A DNA stretch of 64,000 nt from Eledone cirrhosa (Eukaryota), in contig OZ024757.1 in the NCBI GenBank assembly GCA_964016885.1, positions 25,854,001 through 25,918,000 of the forward strand. Reading direction: 5' to 3'. Under the pieces are notes generated by a model. The model was not told the DNA's origin. It saw only the letters and a program-made list of their open reading frames with translations, and ran no database searches. A program made the translations under genes and the position numbers. Positions 11,545 to 23,819 of the stretch are shown here, piece after piece (position 1 is the stretch's first letter; each line of letters opens with the position of its first letter).

Positions 11545-12260
11545 GGTAGAGAGTCGGACGCCATGCTTTCCAACATAGTTACGTCCCTTTACGGTCTGAG
11601 TTCAAATCCCACCGAGGTTCACTTTGCCTTTCATCCTTATGGGGGGGGGGGGGTCGATAAAATAAAGTACCAGTAATGCACTGGGTAATTGCTGGCCTTG
11701 TGCCTAAAGTAGAAACAATTATTTAATTGATTTATATAGACTTATTGATGATGATGATGAGTGTGGTTGTTATGGTGCTGATGGCAGCAGTTGTGTTGCT
11801 ACTGTTACTGTTTTTCCTGTTGTGGTATGGTGGTGTTGGTGGTTGTAGTGGTTGCTGTTATTGCGTGGTGGGGGAGGGGAAAGTTGATTAAATTGACCCC
11901 AACCCCAGTATGTTACTGGTGCTTTTTTTTTATCAACCCCGTTAGGCAAAGCTAACCTTGGCGGGATTTGAACTCAGAACATAAAGAACCGTAATTATAT
12001 GCCACAAAGCATGCTGTCCGACACTCTACCGATTCTGCCAATCCACCACCTTAATGATAATAATAATTGTTTCTACTTTTTGGTACAAGGCCAGCTATTA
12101 CCCCAGTACATTACTGGTACTTTATTTTATCGACCGACCCCCGTAAGGATGAAAGGCAAAGTTAACCTCGGCGGGATTTGAACTCAGATCGTAAAGGGCC
12201 GTAACTCTATGCTGCAAAGCATAGCGTCTGACTCTCTACCGATACTGCCAAACCACCACC
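11545..12260. mobile_element. Cluster of SINE family A copies (11545-11720 +, 11875-12050 -, 12065-12260 -)
   Basis: Family A central and tail motifs in both orientations. Confidence 0.85.
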
Positions 12261-12262
12261 TT

Positions 12263-12294
<32 letters not shown>

Positions 12295-12297
12295 AAT

Positions 12298-12535
12298 GCT
12301 TTCTTTATTAACCACAAGGGTTTACATAAAGTAGACATTAAGGACAGTACAGGACGGTACAAATAGGCATTTCTGCGTGTAAAAAAACAAAAACAGAGGA
12401 TGTAACAAAAAAATAACAATGAAAAATTCCCCAATATGGGGGAGACTTCCGAGGGACATTCGCGGGGAAAGCCCATTAAACAGCCACAGTGACCCTGACC
12501 ACCAGGGCAAGTGCCCTCTCCCAGTTTTCCACCTT
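12298..12535 (-). mobile_element. Tx1/L1-like LINE 3' UTR fragment
   Basis: Minus strand ends CCTTGTGGTTAATAAAGAA, matching CCCTGTGGCTAATAAAGAA at the end of the element at 30281-30888. Confidence 0.55.
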
Positions 12536-12602
12536 TAATTTACAGACACATACTCAGATGATGATGATAGTAATGACAGTAACTGTTTCAATCTTATTAC
12601 AG

Positions 12603-12804
12603 GTACTAACGTTGCCTCCTTGAGTTTTGGGGGAGGAAGAGACCCCGTGACTGAATATTAGTAGAGGATACTAGTCTGGTGAGACAAATTACAAACATCA
12701 ACAGGAGGAGGAGGAAGAGCAGGATTACAGAAGTTTGTCATTCAAGTGAAATATCTTCTTCTCCTCCATTAAAACACAAGACACAACAGATTTTACTATA
12801 AAAT
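12603..12804 (+). other. Candidate non-coding exon
   Basis: Acceptor TTTCAATCTTATTACAG| and consensus donor |GTAAGT around 202 nt of unique sequence; stops in all three frames. Confidence 0.25.
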
Positions 12805-12934
12805 GTAAGTACAGAGCCTTATTTGTGTTGTTGTTGTTGTTGTTGTTGTAGTGGTGGTGGTGGTGGTGGTGGTAGGGTAGTGGCACTGGCACTACCTTGC
12901 TTCTTCGGCTAGGAGCTGTGACCAATAGGTGGTA

Positions 12935-13790
12935 TCGTCAATTAAAAGACCAATGGAAACATAGTTTCCTTGGTCTGATCTGATGATCAGCTCTTTTCTT
13001 CTGCAGAAGACCAATGGAAACATTGATTCCTTGGTCTGATCTGATGATCAGCTCTTTTCTTCTGCAGAAGACCAATGGAAACATTGATTCCTTGGTCTGA
13101 TCTGATGATCAGCTCTTTTCTTCTGCAGAAGACCAATGGAAACATTGTTTTCTTGGTCTGATCTGATGATCAGCTCTTTTTCTTCTGTCAGGAGTTGTGA
13201 CCAGTAGATAGTATTGGCAATTAAAAGACCAATGGAAACATTGATTCCTTGGTCTGATCTGATGATCAGCTCTTTTCTTCTGCAGAAGACCAATGGAAAC
13301 ATTGTTCCTTAGTCTGATCTGATGATCAGCTCTTTTCTTCTGCAGAAGACCAATGGAAACATTGTTTTCTTGGTCTGATCTGATGATCAGCTCCTTTTCT
13401 TCTGTCAGGAGTTGTGACCAGTAGATAGTATTGGCAATTAAAAGACCAATGGAAACATAGTTTCCTTGGTCTGATCTGATGATCAGCTCTTTTCTTCTGC
13501 AGAAGACCAATGGAAACATTGATTCCTTGGTCTGATCTGATGATCAGCTCTTTTCTTCTGCAGAAGACCAATGGAAACATTGTTTTCTTGGTCTGATCTG
13601 ATGATCAGCTCCTTTTCTTCTGTCAGGAGTTGTGACCAGTAGATAGTATTGGCAATTAAAAGACCAATGGAAACATTGTTTCCTTGGTCCGATCTGATGA
13701 TCAGCTCCTTTCTTCTGCAGAAGACCAATGGAAACATTGTTCCTTAGTCCGATGTGATGATCAGCTCCTTTCTTCTGCCAGGAGTTATTA
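12935..13790. repeat. 61-bp tandem repeat with periodic ~96-bp variant (higher-order array)
   Basis: Unit GACCAATGGAAACATTGATTCCTTGGTCTGATCTGATGATCAGCTCTTTTCTTCTGCAGAA; the extension GTCAGGAGTTGTGACCAGTAGATAGTATTGGCAATTAAAA recurs about every 217 bp. Confidence 0.95.
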
Positions 13791-14009
13791 GTGCCGCTCA
13801 CATCAAGCTTTCAAAAGTTCCTGCATTGTGGTTTTGAGTTTGAAATATTTGTGCTCAAAGCATCAAATGTTTTGCTCAGTGGTTGGGAAAAATTAGCAGA
13901 AACATTGCCTATAACCTATACATAAATTATATGTTATTTGTAAGTACCTCGTAATCATTATATGCACAGGAAGACACCCATGACTCATACATAAATCATA
14001 TGTATTTGG

Positions 14010-14262
14010 CACTTCTTCTTTGCCTTCTTCTTCTTCTTTGCATTCTTCTTCTTCTTTGTTGTCGTCTTCTTTTTTCTTCTTCTTCTTTGTTGTCGTCTTC
14101 TTCTTTTTTCTTCTTCTTCTTCTTTGTTGTCGTCTTCTTCTTTTTTTTTCTTCTTCTTCTTTGTTGTCATCTTCTTTTTTTCTTCTTCTTTGTCGTCATC
14201 TTCTTCTTCTTCTTCTTTGTCTTCTTCTTCGCCTCTTTTTTCTTTCTCCTCCTCTTCCTCCT
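14010..14262. repeat. (CTT)n-like polypyrimidine microsatellite
   Basis: Direct reading of the sequence. Confidence 0.9.
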
Positions 14263-14275
14263 TGGCTATGTTCAG

Positions 14276-14409
14276 ACCTGGAGAGACGGGGAAAAACCCT
14301 GCCAGTTTTAAAATATCCAAGAAATGCTGCATGCCACAATGGCACACGTAACGTTGATGTAATTCTCAGGGAGATTCAGTATGACAAGGTTGGGCCCTTT
14401 GAATTAAAG
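14276..14409 (+). other. Candidate exon (unknown product)
   Basis: Pyrimidine tract + TTCAG acceptor, open frame DLERRGKTLPVLKYPRNAACHNGTRNVDVILREIQYDKVGPFELK, donors AAG|GTTGGG (14388) or AAG|GTACAG (14409); no recognised homology. Confidence 0.2.
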
Positions 14410-14617
14410 GTACAGTCCATCTTGTATTATAGTGTAACTGTCTGAGCATTCCACAGACACGTGTCTCAGGGAAATCTAGTATAACTGGTTGATAAATATG
14501 GTGTCTGTATGTATGTGTGCACTCACGCATGTCTCTCTGTGTGGGTGTGACCTGAGTGTGCTTACCTTTCCCTCTCTGCCTACACCTACCCCCTTACTTT
14601 CACACACTCTCTCTCTA

Positions 14618-14648
<31 letters not shown>

Positions 14649-14789
14649 GTATGCATAAGAACTTTGGTAAAGGATGCATTTTTGTGGTGTCAACACCAGA
14701 GGAGTTATCAGTAGTAAATGATAAAGTAGAAAATCAAACTTTCCAGTTGTTGTCTTCCTGTTTCTTCTACAACAACTACAACAGTACGC

Positions 14790-14960
14790 AATGGGGCCCA
14801 CCCACAGCCCCCGGCAGACAGAATGGAGAAGGCGTTTCCCTAGAGGACGGCAAGGGAGACGCACTGGAAAAGCCACTCCAACTCACGGGGCTCACACCTG
14901 CGGCTGGCCAGCTCAGCGCCTATGGTGGTGAGTAAGGAGGTAGCCCTCGGGGAGTGTATC
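14790..14960. repeat. GC-rich dispersed repeat related to 48640-48720
   Basis: Shares GCAGACAGAAT(G/A)GAGAAGG and ATGGTGGTGAGTAAGGAGGT with the 48.6-kb locus. Confidence 0.6.
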
Positions 14961-15220
14961 TACATTTTTTCTTCAAAGTTACATTTTAAACCTAGCTCCG
15001 TTTAAATGATTATTTATCTGGTTGATTTCTTCGGACTAAGGAGGAAAAGAATTGGATATATTTTGTCTGACTGTCTTCAAACTTATAATTTTATATATAT
15101 GTATATATATGTATATATATATATATGTATATATATAGGTAAGTTATTCCAGGTTGAATCGGAGGTAACCACAGTAAGTAAGGTACTCAATACATAGCAG
15201 AGTATAAAAGTTTTAATATA

Positions 15221-15341
15221 GATGAGATTCTACAGGACCAGAACTGTTTCATTCTTTAGATTCCTGATGATTTCTAAAGATTCTAAAGATTCCTGATGAT
15301 TTCTAAAGAATGAAACAGTTCTAGTCTTGTAGAATATCATC
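15221..15341. repeat. 40-bp inverted repeat enclosing duplicated CTGATGA hammerhead-like cores
   Basis: Arms 15221-15260 / 15302-15341; centre contains AGATTCCTGATGATTTCTAA twice, and the right arm carries GAAAC. Confidence 0.75.
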
Positions 15342-15394
15342 TCTATATATATATATATATGTATATATATATGTGTGTATATATATATATTATT

Positions 15395-15860
15395 TTTTAT
15401 GTCCGCTTTTCCCTGCTTGCAAGGGTGGGACAGGAACTGATTCTGGCTTGATTTCTACAGCTGGATGCCCTTCCTAACACCAACCTCATTTACAGTGAGT
15501 GCTGGGTGGTTTTTTCCATGGGCGCCTACACGTCCACTTTACAGTGTGGGCTGGGTACTTTTTTGCCATGGCATCTCCACGACCACTTTACAGTGGAATG
15601 ATAGGGACCCCAGTCCCTATCATCTCATTTCTACAGCTGAGTAAACTGGAGGAATGTGAAATATAGTGTCTTGCTCAAAGAAACAACACATCACCCGGTC
15701 TATGAATTGAACTCAACCTTTCGATTGCAAGGCGCCAATGCTCTAACCGCTAAGCCATGTGTCTGCTCAAGGACATAACGCATCGCCCGGTCCAGGAATT
15801 GAACTTACAACCTCAAGATTGTGAATCCAATTCTCTAACCACTCAGCCACACGCCTTCAC
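15395..15860 (-). mobile_element. SINE family B (15395-15765) with an adjacent second tRNA-like head (15765-15860)
   Basis: Reverse complement of 2060-2393; CTAACCGCTAAGCCA and CTAACCACTCAGCCAC are A-box complements. Confidence 0.85.
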
Positions 15861-16004
15861 TATATATATATGGGGGGGGGGGGGGTGATTGTGTGGGTGT
15901 GACCTGTGTGTGGATGTGAGTCTGCTTACATCTCTGTCTCTACACCTACCCTCATACTTTCACTCTTTCTCATTCTCTCCTTCTCTCTCTATATATATAT
16001 ACAT

Positions 16005-16036
<32 letters not shown>

Positions 16037-16332
16037 GTCACACACATCTTCATCTCACCAAGTCTTAAGTACAGAGCTGATCAAGTGAGCTTTTGTTTGG
16101 TCTCATTCTTTCCTCTCCCCTCCCCCACCTCCTCTACACTACCTCCTTCTCCCTCCTCCTCACTCTGACCCACTATCTGCCAGGTCAGGTCACCAGTGAC
16201 CCTGTCAAGTGGACAGAAGTGGTGGAAAAAAATGACTAAGAAGAAAACACTCTCAGGGCCAAGAGCTGCTGGGACTTGTGAAAACTGCAACAGCCAAAAT
16301 AATTCAACTTTGACCTCCTCACAGCCTCACAT

Positions 16333-16363
<31 letters not shown>

Positions 16364-17162
16364 CACATGCATATACACACATCCACACATACATTCACAT
16401 GCATGTGCACACACATACACCTGCATACATACACACATTCTCACACACTCTCTCAATCTCCCTCTTTCTTTCTCTCTCTCATACACTCACACAAACTATC
16501 TTTCTCATTTACGCACGCTCTCATATACACTCTTTCAATCTCTCTCTCTCTCATACACACACTCTCTCAATCTCTCTCTCTCATAGTCACACAAACTATC
16601 TTTCCCCCACCCATCCTCTCTCTTTTTCCCCTCCTTCCTCTCTCCCTACAGTTGTTGGTGGGGGAAGATGACTTTATGATGTTAAAGGTTGAACAGGAAG
16701 TACTTGGTGAAGTGGTAGTGATGGTGATGATGGTGGGAGTTGTGGTGTTTGTGTGTGTAGTATTGGTAGTGTGTGTGTAGTTAGTGATGGTAATGGTGGT
16801 GGTGGTGATGGTGGTAGTGGTGGTGAGTGTAAACAGTAGGTGGTGATGGTTCTACTTTCAGCATTAGTCTGAGGGTCTGAAAAGAGGTTCCCTTTTCTTG
16901 GCACTGGCACTGACACTGGTGGTCAGGGTGAACAGAGACTTATGAGGTTCCCTGATCAACCTCAAAGAAAAGCTCTCAATTATCTTTATAAATAATCAAT
17001 TGAATAATTAATTACATGAAACTAGGAGGAAAGTAATTGTAGCCACACGAAGGAAGAACTTATATCCAAAATATTGAAACCTCCTCCACTTCCATTAAGC
17101 GTGAACTTAATATAACTATGTACTATTGCCTCCTGTGTTTTGTTTGTTCATTTTCAACTATG

Positions 17163-17562
17163 GAGAGGGCTGGACGCCATGCTTTGCAGCATGGAGTTAC
17201 AGGCCTTTACGATCTGAGTTCAAATCCCGCCGAGGTTAACTTTGCCTTTCAGCCTTACGGGGTTCGATAAAATAAAGTACCAGTAATGCACTGGGATAAT
17301 TGCTGGCCTTGTGCCAAAAGTAGAAACAATATATATATAGTTCCACAACAAATTAGCAAACCATATTTGAAGACATGTGTTTCACCCAACGGATTCTCAA
17401 CCCGAGTGATATTGTGCTGAAAAACAGAAGTGTATATGAGCTGATCAGTCTTGCACATGGCCATCGACAAGGGGAACTTTTCCTATGAACTGAGTGTTCT
17501 ACTTACTATGGATATAAGCTCCTGGTGTTTTACCACTATATATATATATGTGTTTTGGATAT

Positions 17563-17607
<45 letters not shown>

Positions 17608-18404
17608 AACTTGTATCCAAAACATGACTATTTCATCTAATGAAAGAGCTGGACGTTTTGGTAAGGGTCGTCTAGTTTCTTGAAAACTTTGGTAATGGAA
17701 TAATTGTTTATTACGTAATTATGTAATAGCTCAGTACTATACACAGAGCACTCTTTCCTTTACCTTTTCTATGAAAATACTTAACACACGCACATATATA
17801 TATATATATCCATAACCAACAAGAAAAAAATTGTCATTAATATACGCGACTTTGAGACTGACATAAATTTAATGATGTTTATAAGCTTCCCTGATCTAGA
17901 CATTTTCTGATCTTATTCATTGAGATGTCCTTTTGTCCTTTTATTAAATAATTGTTTCTACTTTTGGCACAAGGCCAGCAATTACCCAGTGTATTACTGG
18001 TACTTTATTTTATTGACCCCGTAAGGATGAAAGGCAAAGTTAACCTCGGCGGGATTTGAACTCAGATCATAAAGGGACGTAACTCTATGCTTCAAAGCAT
18101 GGTGTCCGACTCTCTACCGATACTGCCAATCCACCTAATGAAGGTGGAATTAAGACATTTTATAAAAGAATAAAATGTGATGCTACATTAGTGTAATTAT
18201 TTGAACTGGCCTTGTGCCTATGTGGATTGGTAGTACCGGTAAAGGGTCACACGTCATGCTTTGCAACACAGAGTTACGGCCCTTTACGGTCTGAGTTCAA
18301 CTCCCACTGAGGTTAACTTTGCTCTTCATCCTTACGGGGTCGATAAAATAAAGTACCAGTAATGCACTAGGGAAATGGCTGGCCTTGTGCCAAAAGTAGA
18401 AACA

Positions 18405-18410
<6 letters not shown>
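17163..18410. mobile_element. Three SINE family A copies (17163-17330 +, 17950-18135 -, 18222-18410 +)
   Basis: Family A motifs in alternating orientation. Confidence 0.85.
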
Positions 18411-18439
<29 letters not shown>

Positions 18440-18644
18440 CATTCTGCTACCTCTAAAGATAGGGTCTTTGTTATTGTTTGTTATGTTTATTATGTTTTGT
18501 ACATTGTTGTTGTTTTTATGAAGAAAATTGGCAGTGGCATTTGAAAGAAGAAATCTTAGTCCTTTCTTTCTTCTTTTTTCTTCTTCTTCAACTTCCCTCA
18601 CATATGTAGGTGTGTGTGTATGTATATATATATGTGTATGTATG

Positions 18645-18684
<40 letters not shown>

Positions 18685-18732
18685 TATGTGGAAGATGGAT
18701 GTTAAACGATTATGATGATGATGATGATGATG

Positions 18733-18763
<31 letters not shown>

Positions 18764-18786
18764 GTACATATATATGTGAATGTATG

Positions 18787-18825
<39 letters not shown>

Positions 18826-18920
18826 ATTTAAAGGTTAAACAAGGTTCAATGAATAAATCAAAGAATGAGTTTTACAATAGATTAGAAGCACTCAACAAGA
18901 ATGGTTTTCCAGAGTTATTA

Positions 18921-19212
18921 ATATTAATTCAAAATATTAACAAAATAGATATTCTTGTGATCATGTATATTTTATTATACATACTTCAGAGGTACTGAGT
19001 TAACTTCCACAGTACGTCCTCATCAGATAAAATAAGATGATGCCTGACATGACTGAATCTTAACTATCTACTATGTCAGGGTATGTCATGCATCATCTTA
19101 TTTTATCTGATGAGGACGTACTGTTGAAGTTAACTCGGTACCTCTGAAATATGTATAATAAAATATACATGATCACAAGAATATCTATTTTGTTAATATT
19201 TTGAATTAATAT
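18921..19212. mobile_element. Penelope-like remnant: ~123-bp inverted repeat with a hammerhead in each arm
   Basis: Arms 18921-19043 / 19090-19212 nearly perfectly complementary; the left flank 18830-18930 recurs inverted at 51240-51350. Confidence 0.75.
19099..19165 (+). ncRNA. Minimal type-I hammerhead ribozyme
   Basis: UAUUUUAU-CUGAUGA-[GGACGUACUG..CGGUACCUCU]-GAAA-U-AUGU-A-UA-AUAAAAUA; same 8-bp stem I as 2890-2954; the opposite-arm copy has GAAG instead of GAAA. Confidence 0.8.
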
Positions 19213-19257
19213 ATATATGTATATATGTATGTGTATGTATGTATGTATATATATGTC

Positions 19258-19860
19258 AGGTCACCAGTTGGTGCTACTGGTAACATGTATCCCAGTACAA
19301 CCTGTCTCATGGTCGGGTCGTTAGCGACTAAACTGGCAACCCCACCAAGGTTTCTTGGTGAGGAGGGTGACTTTGGACATCCTGCAGGACTAAAAACAAA
19401 ACCTGTCAAAGGGCAAAGGAGCTCTCAAGAGTCAATGGCCATCCAAAATCACCGAGAGAGATGACCCCTTAGCCTTTGTCAAGGCAGAATTCTAGGAGAA
19501 GGAAAACTCTGATATAACACCTGCAACTCTGATGGTATCCAATGATGTTGACTTGTTCTTCTTTTTGGTAAATATCATCTTGGTTAAGAGAATGGGACTG
19601 GCTTTGTGCAGTGCCTTTGCTCACTATAAAAGCTTCACGGCGCAGGCATTGCTTTGTATCTGGAGATCTCTCTGCACTTGTCATCACATGGTACCATGGG
19701 CCCAGCACTATGTGTCAATAATTGTCACAAGTGTAGTGTTTGTACCAGAGTTTTCAAGTCGCTGGCTGGACTAAAAAGTCACACTCGTTCAGCACATTGG
19801 TAGGAGTTCTCTTACATGGATATAAAGTAGTGGCCATACTCGAAAACGAGTTGGCAGCCA

Positions 19861-19862
<2 letters not shown>
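19258..19862 (+). mobile_element. Internally deleted non-autonomous RTE element (5' UTR + short internal piece + 3' end)
   Basis: RTE-type 5' UTR motifs (AAACTGGCAACCCC, AGGAGAAGGAAAACTCTGA); 3' C2H2 finger CSVCTRVFKSLAGLKSHTRSAH at ~19731-19796; lies between (TA)n tracts. Confidence 0.65.
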
Positions 19863-19894
<32 letters not shown>

Positions 19895-19904
<10 letters not shown>

Positions 19905-20045
19905 AGATCAAAAGATGGTTAAATGAGTTCCATGTATTTTATTATGCGCATTTCAAAAACAAATATCATGATGATATTTGTTTTTGAAATGCGCATAATA
20001 AAATACATGGAACTCATTTAACCATCTTTTGATCTTATATATTAT
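19895..20045. repeat. Near-perfect ~150-bp palindrome containing the 3' half of the hammerhead family
   Basis: ~75-bp arms with 1-nt spacer; right arm has TGATGA...GAAATGCGCATAATAAAATA, the same stem III/stem I 3' layout as 19099-19165. Confidence 0.85.
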
Positions 20046-20212
20046 GTATACTCCAGTCCTACAAACTGTAGAGTGCTTCTTATCCGATATCTGCATATCA
20101 CCTCCTACATATATATATGTATATATGAATCATCATCATCATCATTTAACTGGTATCTTCACATATATATGTTATGCGCTTTTGTATGTATGTATATGTG
20201 TGTATGTATGTG

Positions 20213-20281
<69 letters not shown>

Positions 20282-20464
20282 GTGTCTGTGTGTGTATGTA
20301 TGCTGCATACACACACGCACACACTCGCACATATACACATCATTCAGCCCTGATCTGTCCTACACCACCACCACCACAGTGTCTGTCTGTCAGCAACTAG
20401 AGTACAGACTACACCTTGCCAAGCTAATGGCCTACTGACCCACTAAATACATACATGCATATAT

Positions 20465-20541
<77 letters not shown>

Positions 20542-20576
20542 CACACACAAACACACACATATATATATATATACAT

Positions 20577-20607
<31 letters not shown>

Positions 20608-20698
20608 CATACACACACATATATATATATACATACACACATACACGCACATATATATACACACACTCGCACATATATATACACACACTCGCACATAT

Positions 20699-20805
<107 letters not shown>

Positions 20806-20930
20806 TACATATTTTTAAGCTTTCTCAACATCTGCTCTCCAACACTTGAGGACACATATATGTTATATATATATATATATATATATATCTGTACTCTCGC
20901 CTATCTCTCTAACTATCTCTCTCTCACTAA

Positions 20931-21054
<124 letters not shown>

Positions 21055-21479
21055 CTGTCACTATCTATCACCTGTTTGACTATCTATCTATAGCTCTCTT
21101 TCTCCCTCGTCCCCCATTTACCCCACACACAGACAAACATACACTCACACAAACAAAAACACACCACTCACACACACTCACATACACTCACATACACATC
21201 CACACACATCCACACACACACTCACACAGACAAAAAACACACACAGACTCACATACACACACAAACATACACACATACATACACACACACACTCACATAC
21301 ACACACAGACAGACAAACATACACATGCACGTGCATGAAAATCCATTGTTTTTTTCTTTCTTTGTCTCTTCTACATACTAAATCATACACACACACACAC
21401 ACACGCTGCACGAACGTGCACACTCACATGCAAGGACACACACGGACAAACACATGCACACATACTGAGGCATGCCCAC

Positions 21480-22090
21480 ACATATACACACATACACATA
21501 CACACAAACATGCCTACACTCACTCACACATACTGAAACATGGCCACACACACTCACACATACACACATACTGACACACTCACACATAGATACACATACA
21601 CACAAACATGCCTACACTCACTCACACATACTGAAACATGGCCACACACACTCACGCATACACACATACTGACACACTCACACATATATACACATACACA
21701 CAAACATGCCTACACTCACTCACACATACTGAAACATGGCCACACACACTCACACATACACACATACCGACACACACACACATACACATACACACAAACA
21801 TGCCTACACTCACTCACACTTACTGAAACATGGCCACACACACTCACACATACACACATACTGACACACTCACACATAGACACACATACACATACACACG
21901 CCTACACTCACTCACACATACTGAAACATGGCCACACACACTCACACATACACACATACTGACACACTCACACATAGACACACATACACATACACACAAA
22001 CATGCCTACACTCACTCACACATACTGAAACATGGCCTCACACATACACACATACTGACACACTCACACATAGACACACATACACATACT
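21480..22090. repeat. ~98-bp CA-rich tandem repeat (~6 copies)
   Basis: CATACTGAAACATGGCCACACAC recurs at ~98-bp spacing. Confidence 0.85.
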
Positions 22091-23684
22091 GCTTGGTTTC
22101 CTCATAGATATATTCACACATACATATGCACACACACGCGCACTGGTAGTTTCCCCACACACACACTTACACAATCACACACATACACACATACTGAAGC
22201 ATGCCCACATGAACACATACTTACACATGCACACACGCACTGAAGCATACCCACACTCACACATACACATGCACACACACTTACACATGCACACACATAC
22301 TGAAGTATGCCCACACTCACACATACACATGCACACATACTTACACATGCACACACATACTGAAGCGTGCCCACACATACTTACACATGCCTGCACTCAC
22401 TCACACATACACACAATCTGCTTGGTTTCCTCATAGATAAACTGACACCACATACATATACACACACAGTGGTAGTTTCCCCATACATACACACTTACAC
22501 ACACACACACATATATATATACACACACATTTATACATATATATACTCACACACACACACATATATACTCACACACTCACACACACATACACTCACACAC
22601 ACACACTCTCTCTCTCACACACACACAAACATATATACTCACACATACACACACATATATATATATATACTCACACACACACACATCCTGCTAGCCTCCC
22701 TCACAAACATTTACACACACACATACCTCTGCTTGCCTCTTCCCCCCTACTGTTCTCTAACTCCCCTCCCTTGTCACATAAACACACATGCACACACACA
22801 TACACTCACATACACACACACACATAAACATGCACACTCACACACACATATATATAAACATTCACACACTCACATACACACATATAAACCTGCACATACA
22901 CACATACACACACTCACATACACACACACTCACATACACACACACTCACATAAACACACATGCACACACACACACATATAAACATGCACACCCCTTTCTT
23001 TGCCTCTATTTGTCTCCCCCACCCCACCTATTCTCTAATTCCTTCATATGCATACACATACACACATATACATACTCACACATACATACTCATACACATT
23101 CACACACATTCATACATACTCACATATACTCATACACTCACACATACTCACATACACTGACACATACTCACATTCACACACACTCATACACATTCACATG
23201 CACACATACTCATACACACTCACACCTACCCACACACTCACACAAATACACACACACATACATACATACACATGCACTAACACAGACATACTCATACATA
23301 TATTCACATACATATATATGCACTCACACACACATACCTCCTTACTTGCATGGATCCAGCACCCTCTCGCCCCCCCCCCTCCACAGGCATATTCATACTC
23401 ACTAATGCACACACATGCATACATACAGACATACATACACATACATACACACATACACATACATATGCACACCCCTTCACTAATTCTCCTCCCATACATA
23501 CACATACACACATACCTCTGTTCACTAACTGCCCCCACACATACACACACACACGCACAAACACATGCATACATTCACACACATACATACATACACATAC
23601 ACTCTCACACAAATGCACACACACTAACACACATACATACACTGTCATAGGTGTACACTCACACATGCTATTATGGTTTCTCAC

Positions 23685-23759
23685 CTGAGCTTCATGAATA
23701 AGCACTTTTGTAAGTAGGTTAAACGGTGTGAGGGAGGGGTGATGTTGTGGTGTTGATGC
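23685..23759 (-). other. Candidate 75-nt exon
   Basis: Strong donor CAG|GTGAGA, weaker acceptor CTTCTGCGAAAG|; open in phase 2 (HQHHNITPPSHRLTYLQKCLFMKL) and phase 0. Confidence 0.2.
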
Positions 23760-23819
23760 CTTTCGCAGAAGTTTAAGTGAAATCGCATGAAGGCACGCGG
23801 CTTAGTAGTTAGAGAGTTT

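Noticed and set aside
12935-13790. CRISPR-like repeat array
   Set aside because: No unique spacers, eukaryotic context, no cas genes
14489-14935. 148-aa ORF ending at a donor-like GTGAGT
   Set aside because: Its GC-rich part is a dispersed repeat also found at 48640-48720
23790-23801. AAGGCACGCGG matching part of miR-124
   Set aside because: It is the start of a SINE tRNA head (..GGCTTAGTAGTTAGAG) with no pre-miRNA hairpin
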